A DNA stretch of 64,000 nucleotides from an uncultured virus (IMG/VR IMGVR_UViG_3300033148_003111) (taxonomy: Duplodnaviria > Heunggongvirae > Uroviricota > Caudoviricetes): IMG/VR virus record IMGVR_UViG_3300033148_003111, one strand, 5' to 3'. The translations under genes were made by a program, and so were the position numbers. Position 1 is the stretch's first letter. Every line of letters begins with the position of its first letter. This document shows, one piece after another, positions 27,850 through 37,632 of the stretch. The notes beneath the pieces were generated by a model that saw only the letters and a program-made list of their open reading frames with translations, had not been told where the DNA came from and searched no databases.

Positions 27850-28128
27850 CTAATCCATATACTCGTCTTCGTTGATTTCTTCGATTTCGCCTCTTCGCCG
27901 TGCCCGCCTTAGCTCGGATAGGAGAATTTTGAGCCGACCCGACCGTTTAATCATCCGATGTGCCGTATCGCGGCTGATCTCGCAGAGTTTAGAGGCTTTG
28001 GCGACAAACCCATCGGTGTCGATTAGGGCTTGAGCTAACCGATCAATTTTCACTTCCTTGATGCTTGGCTGTTCATCACGTAACGCCATCTGTACCTCCT
28101 TAATGAATAGTGTTCGATTTTTGTTCAC
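27850..28128 (-). CDS. stand-alone Fis/NtrC-type HTH regulator
   Basis: QALIDTDGFVAKASKLCEISRDTAHRMIKR resembles HTH_8. Confidence 0.7.
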   Translation of the reverse strand: MNKNRTLFIKEVQMALRDEQPSIKEVKIDRLAQALIDTDGFVAKASKLCEISRDTAHRMIKRSGRLKILLSELRRARRRGEIEEINEDEYMD

Positions 28129-28251
28129 TCCATGTTACATCTGTCGTTCAGTTTTCCTTGGGGGACGTAAAATTAAGCCCCTTTTCACGCCTATCGTTAC
28201 AGGTTTTTCGAAAATGTGTCAAGAATTATCTGGCAGTTTTTATTTTAGCCC

Positions 28252-28280
28252 TTGACAAGACCAGGGGCCGGGTATAGATT
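28252..28280 (+). promoter_or_regulatory. sigma70-type promoter of the rightward block
   Basis: TTGACA-N17-TAGATT. Confidence 0.6.
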
Positions 28281-28326
28281 GACAGCATCTTGAGAGGATA
28301 CCCCCAAAAACACAGGAGAATCGGAA

Positions 28327-28884
28327 ATGACCGAACCAGAACAGACGGAAGGACCCGAAGATGCGAAGGAAAGACCAGAAGAAGAAGAACAAGTCGAATC
28401 TGGAGAATCGGGAGATTCAACAGAAAAAGAACAAGAAACGGAGGAAGTGGGCGATAAAGACCTACCTCCACATCCGATTGAACTCCTTGCGACCCTGATA
28501 GGGGATATCGATGCCCAGATCAAGAGATGTCAGCACAAGAACATCACAAATCTCAAGGCAGAGCTTCTTCGCAACATCTATCCTATTCTCAGGGGAGCGT
28601 TCGGAGTCATCCATGACTGGATGATGGACATCGAGGAAAGGGACGCGGAAGCCGCCGCCGCCGAAATCCAGGATGCTGTCGAGGAAGAGATGGAGGAATT
28701 GCTGGATATCTGCGGAAAGATCGTCAGCCTGGAAAAGCCGGTTCACGATTCCCTCATGGGAGATGACGTGAGCACCTGGGACGAAATCTCAAATTGGGCC
28801 AGGAAGAAAATCGAGGAAAACCCGGTGGAGCCGGAAGAACCGGAATCCACAGAGGCCCCGGAAGGAGAAAGAGATGCCGACTGA
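28327..28884 (+). CDS. acidic helical hypothetical protein
   Basis: 185 aa, AGGAG SD. Confidence 0.75.
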   Translation: MTEPEQTEGPEDAKERPEEEEQVESGESGDSTEKEQETEEVGDKDLPPHPIELLATLIGDIDAQIKRCQHKNITNLKAELLRNIYPILRGAFGVIHDWMMDIEERDAEAAAAEIQDAVEEEMEELLDICGKIVSLEKPVHDSLMGDDVSTWDEISNWARKKIEENPVEPEEPESTEAPEGERDAD

Positions 28885-30682
28885 TATCGATACACAAGAA
28901 GAAGATGGACCCATCTTTGGCGATGGAAACGAAGACGAGATAGATAGGGAAGAAGCATTGGAAGAAGAAGTCGAGGGCGAAGAAAGCGAAGATCAACCGG
29001 AAACGAATGACGAGCAAGAAGACGATGCCGAAGGAGAAGAACAGTATCCGGTTCAATCTCAACCGTCTGCGATGCGACCCGCCGATCCGCCCCAACAGAC
29101 GGTGAGAATCCAGGTCGAACAACCGAAAGAGAAAAAGAAGAAAGTCGGGAGGCCCCGAACAATCACACCGGAGGAAATCGATCCCGAAGATCTCCAGGCC
29201 ATGATTGAGGCTTTCGATCCCGGTTCGGAATCGGGTGTGTACATCACCATCTACCGTCTGGAGCCGAAGATCTATCGCGGCAAGTCCATCGAGGGATACC
29301 TGGACAAGTTCTACCATTCGGTCGGCATCGATGAGATCAAGGATCGGTTCGGTGGTGGTGCGTTCAACGTGATGGTTCATGGACCGAAGATCGACCGGAA
29401 GACCGGGGAACGCAAGGGAATCCGAATCCTAACCCGGCGCAAGGTCCGCATCTCCGGGGACCCGACAATAGTGGAAGACGAGCCGAGGGGGGGGAGGCAT
29501 GAAGATGATCCCGCTATGACCGAGGTTGTTCTGGGTCACAGCCGAGCGGTGATGGAAAACATCCAGAAAGACAAAGCCGCTGCCGCCGACAAAGCCGACA
29601 GAATGATGGATGCTCTCCTGAAAAAAGATGACGGCGGAAAACTCAGCGAGGTTGCCGCACTGGTGCAGAGCATGATGGCTCCCATCATTGAATCCACGAA
29701 GACCCAACTGGAAACATCAAAAGAAGATGCAAGACGAGCCGAGAAGGACAGGGCTGATGCCGAGAGAAGGCACCAGGAAGAGATACGCGAGATTCGCCGG
29801 GATGTTGCGGAGAGAGCCGAGCGAGAGATGAATCCCATGATTGAGCTTATGAAGCAGACCATCTCGGACAGCAAGGAACGCAATAAGGAAACTGCGGCCC
29901 AAATGACGGACATGGCAAAACTCAACATTCAGATGATTCAGGAAAACAACAAGAACCAGATTGCGATGCTCATGGAAACCAATAAGACTCAGGTATCGAT
30001 TTTAACGAACGAGTTGAATCGAATATCCAGCGAGTTGAAAGAAACCAAGATCAAGGACCGTGGGGATCTTGCATCCGAGTTGAAGAAGTACAAGCTCATC
30101 AAGGGACTCTTTGATGTCGAGGGTGGGGGAAAAGAAAAAGAATCCATCCTCAGCCGACTCCCCGAGTTGGCCGACATCGCAACCTCGCTCCCAGGAATAC
30201 TTGTAGGGATCAAGGGGATGGTCAGCGCCGGTACTCCGGTGCCGGTTCAGAAGCCGGTTCGATTCACACCGGCCAGAAGGACCGGAAAGTTGCCGCCCAA
30301 GGCCGAGCTTCCGCCATTCCCCGCTCCTGTCGCACCGATGCCCGCTACACCCCCGGCAGAAGCCCCCGTGACACCCGAGGAACAGCAGCAGACAGCCGAT
30401 GCGCGTGAACAGCAAGCGGAACTGGCAATCAAGATCAACGAGTTGAAGATTAAAATGGAAGAGGCCATCGACAACGGTACGGAAGTGGAAGCGTTCGTTG
30501 ATGCGGAGATCGCTGGCAAGTTCGAGGAAGACCAGCTTCGACAAATCGCTGGACTTCCCACGCCCGCTGTGATACAAGAATTACAGAACAACCTCGAAAG
30601 TGAAGACAGCGCATTGACAACCGTATCGGGTAGAGATTTCATGCGAAGAGTGCATGAATCCATGAAGCGAAGATATCTGTAG
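28874..30682 (+). CDS. large acidic/coiled-coil/Pro-rich protein (possible assembly or scaffold factor)
   Basis: Acidic N-terminus, small beta domain, long Met-rich coiled coil, amphipathic segment, Pro linker, helical C-terminal domain. Confidence 0.75.
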   Translation: MPTDIDTQEEDGPIFGDGNEDEIDREEALEEEVEGEESEDQPETNDEQEDDAEGEEQYPVQSQPSAMRPADPPQQTVRIQVEQPKEKKKKVGRPRTITPEEIDPEDLQAMIEAFDPGSESGVYITIYRLEPKIYRGKSIEGYLDKFYHSVGIDEIKDRFGGGAFNVMVHGPKIDRKTGERKGIRILTRRKVRISGDPTIVEDEPRGGRHEDDPAMTEVVLGHSRAVMENIQKDKAAAADKADRMMDALLKKDDGGKLSEVAALVQSMMAPIIESTKTQLETSKEDARRAEKDRADAERRHQEEIREIRRDVAERAEREMNPMIELMKQTISDSKERNKETAAQMTDMAKLNIQMIQENNKNQIAMLMETNKTQVSILTNELNRISSELKETKIKDRGDLASELKKYKLIKGLFDVEGGGKEKESILSRLPELADIATSLPGILVGIKGMVSAGTPVPVQKPVRFTPARRTGKLPPKAELPPFPAPVAPMPATPPAEAPVTPEEQQQTADAREQQAELAIKINELKIKMEEAIDNGTEVEAFVDAEIAGKFEEDQLRQIAGLPTPAVIQELQNNLESEDSALTTVSGRDFMRRVHESMKRRYL

Positions 30683-30706
30683 TGAAAAAGGAGTTTTTTT
30701 TGCACA

Positions 30707-31264
30707 ATGGAACTTGTCGGTTATCTTCCAGCCGGATCGTACACGACCGATGACACCTTACAGGTGATGTCCAGTTTTGCAACCAAGGATTCCACATCCT
30801 CGGAAGTCGCCAATCTCGCGCATAGCATCACGGCCTATATAAATCCGAATGACCACAAGAGCATGATGATTGCTTGCCGCAACTGGATTCTGGCGAATCT
30901 CGCATACGTCCCAGATGCGGCAGAAGCCAAGCGGTTGTTCGGGATGACCGAAGACCAGATGGAACACGGGGAACTTGAGGCCGTCAAAAGCCCGATTGCC
31001 GTTCTGGAGTCTCGCCGGTACGATTGCGATTGCGCTGCCACGCTTATCGCCGCTATGCTCATTTCTCTCGGAATCCCCGTCCGGTTCATGGCAGTAGGGT
31101 TTGCCCCCGAATCCCTTAGCGGGCCGGATGGGTTTTCTCACGTCTTCGCGCAGGGATTCGATGGGAGCGAGTGGATCACCCTCGATCCGGTTTCGCATCC
31201 TCACGAAAAGAGAATGCTGGAAAAAGACGCAAAGCAGGTAAAAATCTTCGATATTTCCGGCTGA
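30707..31264 (+). CDS. transglutaminase-like (papain-fold) Cys-His-Asp protein
   Basis: YDCDCAATLIAAML..LGIPVRF, FSHVF, WITLDP. Confidence 0.85.
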   Translation: MELVGYLPAGSYTTDDTLQVMSSFATKDSTSSEVANLAHSITAYINPNDHKSMMIACRNWILANLAYVPDAAEAKRLFGMTEDQMEHGELEAVKSPIAVLESRRYDCDCAATLIAAMLISLGIPVRFMAVGFAPESLSGPDGFSHVFAQGFDGSEWITLDPVSHPHEKRMLEKDAKQVKIFDISG

Positions 31265-31283
31265 ACCCTCTCTTAAAGATTTC

Positions 31284-31312
31284 TTGACACATTCCCGCTA
31301 CCAATCTACGAT
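31284..31312 (+). promoter_or_regulatory. sigma70-type promoter
   Basis: TTGACA-N17-TACGAT. Confidence 0.65.
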
Positions 31313-31406
31313 TATTGTGTAGTCGTTTGAAAAGCCACGATCATTCTGGTGGTTTTAAGGGAGCCATCGCTATGCGGTGGCTCCCTTTAATCCAAGGAGG
31401 AAAAAG

Positions 31407-32066
31407 ATGAGTTATAGCTTGGCTGGAGCAAAGGAATACATCACTTTCGACGCATTCGCAATTACCATGATTCAAAAAGTCCTGAATTTCAGCATTCCTT
31501 ACACTGGCGTAAAAATCGGAAACCTCATTCCAGACACAGTTGAACGGATGGCGGTCCCGGTCATCGTCAACGAGTTGAAGAAGTATGTTGCCAAGGAAGC
31601 CGATTTACAACCCGGTGCTCTCAATACGGATTCATTGGGGCTGTTATTCGCGGAACAGATTTGCCAGATCGCCTACGAAAACGGGGTTGTTTTCACAACC
31701 GATATGACAGACGATATGTACAAGAAGGATGGAATCATCTGGGCCGCATTGGTCGGATTCCCCAACGCTCCCGGCATCCTGGCAAGAGAGCTTTCAAACG
31801 CGATGGAAGACGTGATGGAAGAACAGTTGGGGGTTCCGCCGCAGACCGTGGAAGAAGACGATATGTTCGGAACCACGACCACGGAAAGCGGGTTTAGCAA
31901 TTTGACAACGATGTACGCTGTCTCGCAAAGTCCGGGCTTCACGGCATCGGAACAGGTCGGCCCGATGCAAGCGTCCGCGCTCATCACCGTAGCGCCCCCC
32001 AAGAAAAAGCTACCGATTCCCCTGCTCGTAGGGGCAGGGTTGGCGGCGTTCCTACTTCTGAGTTAG
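31407..32066 (+). CDS. putative virion membrane protein, C-terminal TM
   Basis: AAGGAGG SD before MSYSLAGA; ends PIPLLVGAGLAAFLLLS. Confidence 0.75.
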   Translation: MSYSLAGAKEYITFDAFAITMIQKVLNFSIPYTGVKIGNLIPDTVERMAVPVIVNELKKYVAKEADLQPGALNTDSLGLLFAEQICQIAYENGVVFTTDMTDDMYKKDGIIWAALVGFPNAPGILARELSNAMEDVMEEQLGVPPQTVEEDDMFGTTTTESGFSNLTTMYAVSQSPGFTASEQVGPMQASALITVAPPKKKLPIPLLVGAGLAAFLLLS

Positions 32067-32075
32067 GAGAAAAAG

Positions 32076-32330
32076 ATGGCGATAAAATACTACGATCCTT
32101 TCGAGGCTCGTTCGAGTGGCCGATTTCCATCCAGCTTTCCCTTTATAGCCCCCACCGGAGATTTCGTGTTCCCCGACGAGATGATGGGGCAGGGGGGAGA
32201 TGTCCAACCCGGCCTGAGTTGGTCAGGTCAATCGTTTGGTGCTGCCGATGAATCCGGAATGAGCCTTCCTTTGAAGATAGGGCTTGGCATCGGGGCCTTG
32301 CTCATCATCAAAAAACTACTGGAGAAATAA
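32076..32330 (+). CDS. small virion membrane protein, C-terminal TM
   Basis: Ends IGLGIGALLIIKKLLEK. Confidence 0.75.
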   Translation: MAIKYYDPFEARSSGRFPSSFPFIAPTGDFVFPDEMMGQGGDVQPGLSWSGQSFGAADESGMSLPLKIGLGIGALLIIKKLLEK

Positions 32331-32331
32331 T

Positions 32332-33360
32332 ATGACTACTTTTTTCAGGGGTGGCGGTCTTCTGACTTCCGATGACCTGATCGAAGAGGAAGCGATAGAC
32401 CAGGAACCATCTGGTCCTCCCTCCAATTTATACAAGGAAGGCGATGCCGCTCCCATCACGACCAGCGATATGCTGTTCGGCCCAACGCAGATCGGGCTTC
32501 CCGGCATCGAGCCGGTGGACACCGGGCCATCCGTGTTTGCTCCTGTCTTCGACGATGAAGACGTGACGGCGGGACTGCCCGAAGAAAAGGAAGTTATCAC
32601 TCCGATAGATGAAGAAGCCGCACCCCCGAGAGAAGACATTATCGTTCCGAAGCCCAAGCTGACTTTCAATATTCACGGCATCGCCGGGTTTGTCTGCGAC
32701 AGGATTAATGAAGTCCTGCGTGGAAGGTATTACAGCGCCACTCCGCAAGAAGCACATCTCATGTTGGAGGCTTTCAATAGGTACGGAATCCTTGTGGCCG
32801 GTGGGATAGATCTCAAGCAAGCAGGGCTGAATCTCGATTTCGTCAGCGTCCTTTCAGGTATCGGAACGCTTGAGAGGGTTTTGATGTGGCTGCAAGCACC
32901 CGAAGGTGTCCACACCATCTCAGGCGATCTTTATCACCGGGCTTTCCTGTCAAGATTTCCAGACCTGGCCGGTGACGATGTTTTTGATGCGATCTCCGCT
33001 GCACTGGATTTTGTGACCGGTGAGCTTGCGGTATATTTTGAACAGCTAGCGGTATGGGAAGAACAACAGGCCGCGCCGCCACCACCACTTCCACCGGAAG
33101 AGGATATATTCCTTCCAACACCGCAAGAAACGACTCCAGACTTATTCGTTCCACTAGTAGATGTCCCGATGGACATGGACGATGCCGGTCTTCCCGTGGG
33201 GCCTGGAATCATGCCGGTCGGTCCTGATGCTTCACCTCCAGGATATGTTCCCCCAGGATATGTTACCGGGGAACACGTTTGGCCCACTCCCAAGAAAGAG
33301 CTTCCCTGGCCGTTAATAATCGGTGGCGCATTAGCGGCACTACTCATCCTCAAGAAATGA
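32332..33360 (+). CDS. Pro/acidic virion membrane protein, C-terminal TM
   Basis: Start refined to MTTFF; ends WPLIIGGALAALLILKK. Confidence 0.75.
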   Translation: MTTFFRGGGLLTSDDLIEEEAIDQEPSGPPSNLYKEGDAAPITTSDMLFGPTQIGLPGIEPVDTGPSVFAPVFDDEDVTAGLPEEKEVITPIDEEAAPPREDIIVPKPKLTFNIHGIAGFVCDRINEVLRGRYYSATPQEAHLMLEAFNRYGILVAGGIDLKQAGLNLDFVSVLSGIGTLERVLMWLQAPEGVHTISGDLYHRAFLSRFPDLAGDDVFDAISAALDFVTGELAVYFEQLAVWEEQQAAPPPPLPPEEDIFLPTPQETTPDLFVPLVDVPMDMDDAGLPVGPGIMPVGPDASPPGYVPPGYVTGEHVWPTPKKELPWPLIIGGALAALLILKK

Positions 33361-33641
33361 GATACAGCGTTTTCGATAAATCGTGCGGAACCTACTCGGT
33401 ATTCGAGGGTCCGCAGACTCAGGCACCAATAAGGTTCGGGAAATCATCTCTCGGAGCTTCGCCATCTGATACTACCTCTGTGCTTCCCCCAGACTCCAGG
33501 TATCTTGGTGAGTCGGATATGGCAGTCGGCCAGATCGTCGATAGAAGTTACAGGCTGATAGATTTCATTATTTCATTCAGTACAGTGGTAGCCGCCGCCG
33601 TTTTTTCAAGATGGATCTATGATAGATTTATAAAGGAATAG
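33357..33641 (+). CDS. small membrane protein, C-terminal TM
   Basis: ATGA overlap start MRYSVFD; C-terminal hydrophobic helix. Confidence 0.65.
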   Translation: MRYSVFDKSCGTYSVFEGPQTQAPIRFGKSSLGASPSDTTSVLPPDSRYLGESDMAVGQIVDRSYRLIDFIISFSTVVAAAVFSRWIYDRFIKE

Positions 33642-33645
33642 AAAC

Positions 33646-34236
33646 ATGACCATCGACAAGGCTAAATCAAAATTCCGCGAATTCCATCTCAAGGAACCAA
33701 AAAAAGAAGTCGCACTCTTCACGCAGATTCCAAGAATCGTTCATCCAATAGGATTCTGCCCGCAAATATCGTACAACTCTAACAAGTGGAACAAGGAAAG
33801 CGAGTGGAAGAGTTACATCCATTGGTGGGAACATCCCACCCTGGTTTGTGTCCAGAAGGATATGTTAGGTGAATTCGATTTCGACTTTGAAAGCGGATTT
33901 TTCAGTGACCAGAGATTCGATTTGGGACCGGGAAGGAAGGAGGTGACCTTCCTGGGATATGCAATCGATTTCAGCGTTACCGGGGATGACCGAAGTAAAA
34001 TCAGCGTGAACCCATCTACGGAATTTATCAAAAATTATTCTCCCGAAACCGAAGGCGAGAAACAAAGACTATCCGATTCGGTAGACTTTGAGTTCGATAG
34101 AACCCCTGGACAGTCTCAGGATTACGTGGTCTGTTCTCCGAATGGGCACATCGTATATGTCATCGCTGGCGGGAAGGATGTTTTCGCATTTATCAACGAA
34201 AATTGTCGTGTCACTAAACACGGGATAGAGGGTTGA
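33646..34236 (+). CDS. hypothetical beta-rich structural protein
   Basis: 196 aa, FREFH...YNSNKW...YIHWW...GIEG. Confidence 0.7.
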   Translation: MTIDKAKSKFREFHLKEPKKEVALFTQIPRIVHPIGFCPQISYNSNKWNKESEWKSYIHWWEHPTLVCVQKDMLGEFDFDFESGFFSDQRFDLGPGRKEVTFLGYAIDFSVTGDDRSKISVNPSTEFIKNYSPETEGEKQRLSDSVDFEFDRTPGQSQDYVVCSPNGHIVYVIAGGKDVFAFINENCRVTKHGIEG

Positions 34237-34237
34237 T

Positions 34238-35524
34238 ATGAAAAAACTAAGTTATCTGGCATTTCTAATTATAATCTTTCTTTCCTGGAATACCTCTGCT
34301 CAGGATCGGTTAACAATTAAGCAGTGGTATTCAATAGGAGAAATAGGAGCAGTCCCACCGACCACCACTACTGGAAATCAATATGGAATAATTACCGCAT
34401 TGGAAAATCCCGCTGGGAATATGTGTCGGGCACAGGGCGATGCGAATTGCAACATAACCACCGTTCCCGCTGCTGGTGCCATTTGGGAAATGAGGGTACG
34501 AGATGGAGACGGCGCTACTCTGGCTGATGTAAAACAATTCACTGGAAGCAATACTGATCTGGCGACAAATGATTACCTACTTGGGACCAATGCGGTTGTG
34601 AGTATGGTCGATATAGGTGGTGGGGGTCCGATTATTGTTTACGGGATAGATACACAAGCAGACAATATTACCAATACGGTAAATGGGTTAGTGGTTTCAA
34701 ACCTGAATTATGCCTACGATTCTTCTGGAACCAATTGGGACCGAGTGGAATCTACAGCCTATGTTGCCTCGGTAGCAGCTACCCAGACCGGTATGTTGGT
34801 TTATAACGGAAACTATTTTTACGACATAACCAATGGAACAATGCACCGATGGGATGGAAATCTACTAGACAGTGATGCAATTTCCAATACCACGACCGCT
34901 CCGTATGCTGGCACTTTTATTCATGCCTGGGATAGTGTTGGCGCACTCTGGCAACGGGCTGGATTAATTGCTACCCATGCCGATAATCTTGCGAATAGTC
35001 ATAACGGATTGAATGTTGCTGGATTTACGTATTTCTATGATGGCGCAACCTGGGATCGTGCGCGATCCGGTGCATCCGGTGAGCTTCAAGTAACAGATGT
35101 AGCTACAAGGCCCGGTGAGGATGCCGATAATGATTGGCGGAAAGCCAAGAAGGAGGAAGTCGCTGTCTATGTTCCCGCAAAAACCGCCGGGACCGCTGTG
35201 GATGAAAACGACACTCTTGTGTTGGCCTCTACCTATATTCTCAATCTTCCCAACTGGACTGTTTGGGTAAAAAATGTGGGAGGGGGGTCTGGCGATGCCT
35301 TTACTGATGTCTGGGTGGAGGGATCACCGGATGGAACAAATTGGGTCAGCCTTAAAACCGCTGAATCCGCACTTGAGCAAGAGGCAGATACATTGACTTC
35401 AGGAAACAGCGGGATCGCAATGATGGGGAGTAATAGTTCAATCGCTTACATCAGGGCATATGCTGTTTGTGCTGCTGGAGATGACACTACCGCCGACGCC
35501 TGGATTACCGCGAACAAGAACTAG
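34238..35524 (+). CDS. fibre/spike-like protein with signal peptide
   Basis: Sec-type leader; repeated (Y/W)D-x3-5-WxR units; C-terminal beta-sandwich. Confidence 0.7.
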   Translation: MKKLSYLAFLIIIFLSWNTSAQDRLTIKQWYSIGEIGAVPPTTTTGNQYGIITALENPAGNMCRAQGDANCNITTVPAAGAIWEMRVRDGDGATLADVKQFTGSNTDLATNDYLLGTNAVVSMVDIGGGGPIIVYGIDTQADNITNTVNGLVVSNLNYAYDSSGTNWDRVESTAYVASVAATQTGMLVYNGNYFYDITNGTMHRWDGNLLDSDAISNTTTAPYAGTFIHAWDSVGALWQRAGLIATHADNLANSHNGLNVAGFTYFYDGATWDRARSGASGELQVTDVATRPGEDADNDWRKAKKEEVAVYVPAKTAGTAVDENDTLVLASTYILNLPNWTVWVKNVGGGSGDAFTDVWVEGSPDGTNWVSLKTAESALEQEADTLTSGNSGIAMMGSNSSIAYIRAYAVCAAGDDTTADAWITANKN

Positions 35525-35535
35525 TTGGAGGGGGC

Positions 35536-36762
35536 GTGAAAAGAGTTCTGTCAATACTAGGGTTGATATTGTTGTCGGTGCTTCTCATGGCACCGATACC
35601 GCCACAACCCCACTCGTGGTATGAGACGCAGGGCGAGAAGCACTGGTTCGTCACTGCGGATGGAACCGGGAATTGCCTTTCCTGGCGGACTTCCTGTACG
35701 TTCAGAACTGCCGTGAGTAAATGCACCGATGACTATCAAGACGTGATTTGGCTGAGTCCAGAGGATCACGACACTGACAATGGAAGTGACGCCACCGGGA
35801 CAACGATAGCCGCGAAGAACGTACGGATCGTCGGAATAAGTAACGAGCACAGCTTCAATGCGCGTTTATATAACACTGCGGCAGTGGTCACTCATGTGGT
35901 GCAGGTGACTGGACACCGGGTGAGTTTTGAGAACATCCGGTTCAATCAGATGAACCAGGCTGACTTGGATGTCATTTTACTGCATATATCTGCCCCACGG
36001 ACAAATATTATTTTGTGTCAGTTTCGGGGAGTTCCTGGATCTTCGACCGATGTTGGAATACTAATAGACAACACAAGTCGATATCACTATATGAGTCAGA
36101 TTCATTTTGAGGATTTCCAAGATGCGGCGATTCGAACGAATGATGTGAACAGTTCTGAGTTCGACGAATTGCACTTCCATGACTGCAATACGGCGATTGA
36201 TATGACCCACGCGGATGATGACAGTCTGGAGTTTACCAACGTAGATTTTATCGGGAGTGCAAATGCGCTGGTGCTCGCGGCTGGAGTGGACAACATTCGT
36301 TTTGTCGATACCTTGTTCGTCCACAACACCACGAACGTGACGGATGGTGGGACATGGGGCGGACTGCATTTTATTGGTGTGCGAATGGGCCACAATCGCA
36401 GTCAGACTTATCCGGCGAATGCCGGTGTTGCGGTGGCGGGAGGAGGCGGTGCTTGGGCTCAGGGCGCGCTGGTTCAGATTGTCCCGGCAGCGACGATTGC
36501 GACTCCGTTTTCAATAACTGGTTTTAATATCCAAAGCGCGACTGCAAATAATATCTATAAGGTAGAGTTTTTTTGGGGACAGGCGACTGGAGACAACTCA
36601 CTCGGGATTTATGAGTTTGTCGATGTGGGGGGCAAAAGCACGCCACCCCCGGTAGATATGGGTCATTTGAAGATCCCTTCTAACAGTTACGTCGGGGCAA
36701 AACTGGCGAGTTCAACGGGTGGGGACGCCGCGACCATTACAATTAATTACGAGGCTTTGTAA
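35536..36762 (+). CDS. pectin-lyase-like right-handed beta-helix protein with signal peptide
   Basis: WFV..DGTG.CLSW...TFRTAV...DVIWLSP cap followed by beta-helix rungs. Confidence 0.75.
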   Translation: MKRVLSILGLILLSVLLMAPIPPQPHSWYETQGEKHWFVTADGTGNCLSWRTSCTFRTAVSKCTDDYQDVIWLSPEDHDTDNGSDATGTTIAAKNVRIVGISNEHSFNARLYNTAAVVTHVVQVTGHRVSFENIRFNQMNQADLDVILLHISAPRTNIILCQFRGVPGSSTDVGILIDNTSRYHYMSQIHFEDFQDAAIRTNDVNSSEFDELHFHDCNTAIDMTHADDDSLEFTNVDFIGSANALVLAAGVDNIRFVDTLFVHNTTNVTDGGTWGGLHFIGVRMGHNRSQTYPANAGVAVAGGGGAWAQGALVQIVPAATIATPFSITGFNIQSATANNIYKVEFFWGQATGDNSLGIYEFVDVGGKSTPPPVDMGHLKIPSNSYVGAKLASSTGGDAATITINYEAL

Positions 36763-36763
36763 A

Positions 36764-37618
36764 TTGAAATTTCCAAGTGTTATTCTAAGCCTGTTTTTGT
36801 TCTGTTCCTGTGCGGATGGTTCTGTCGATTCATTTTCGGTGGCTGGCATCGGTTCATTGCTGCGACCGGCACAGAACTTCCCGTTGGGCGCCGATTCTGT
36901 TTTGGGATACGGTGGCGGTACAAGCTATGAAGATCCCATGGATCACTATTGGGATTTTGAACCGGATGATGCGGACGATGATTATTTGTGGCAAAACAAC
37001 ATTGACGCACTTGAGGCCACCACGTACACGTTGGTCGCTGTTGTCACGTATGAGGCACTGATCACGGAGTACATTGGTGGAATGCGCACTGGAGGGGTGG
37101 ACGAAAGTTATTTTCTATATGTTGTTGGGGGGCCGGAAGTAAGGGCGTCGACTGCTAGGAATGATTGTTCAACGATGAGTCTTGATAGCAGGGCTGACGG
37201 CGGATGGGGTGCTGGTACTTCCGCTTTAGTTGCCTTGACGTTTGAGTACTCAGGCAACGCGGGCGTCGGCGACAGTACGAAAAAAATTTATGTCATACGT
37301 GCGGGTTCCGTGCTCGTAGATACCGATGCGAACTCGGTGGGTCCGATCAACGACTGCACCGGACAGGTTTACATTGCGGCCATAGGAGCCTTAACGACTA
37401 ACGCGTGGGATGGAAAGATATACTGGTGGGCTTATTATGATTCCGCATTGGCACAAGGTGACTTGGAGGATCTTTTTGACGGCACGAAGCATCCGGCTGT
37501 AGATTTCACGCCGATAGTTTACGTCGATTTCAGCAAGGCAGTTGACGCGACGTATGCTCCCGAGGTCGGTGCGGAGCACGTGTTCACCGTGGTTGGTTCT
37601 CCCGTACAGGGACCGTAG
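36764..37618 (+). CDS. LamG/ConA-like protein, possible lipoprotein
   Basis: TTG start; leader ending LFCSC; WDGKIYWWAYYDSAL LamG end motif. Confidence 0.65.
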   Translation: MKFPSVILSLFLFCSCADGSVDSFSVAGIGSLLRPAQNFPLGADSVLGYGGGTSYEDPMDHYWDFEPDDADDDYLWQNNIDALEATTYTLVAVVTYEALITEYIGGMRTGGVDESYFLYVVGGPEVRASTARNDCSTMSLDSRADGGWGAGTSALVALTFEYSGNAGVGDSTKKIYVIRAGSVLVDTDANSVGPINDCTGQVYIAAIGALTTNAWDGKIYWWAYYDSALAQGDLEDLFDGTKHPAVDFTPIVYVDFSKAVDATYAPEVGAEHVFTVVGSPVQGP

Positions 37619-37632
37619 CAGGAGGTGAAATT

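Noticed and set aside
28874..30682. Tape measure or portal protein
   Set aside because: No tail or terminase context and no recognisable motifs.
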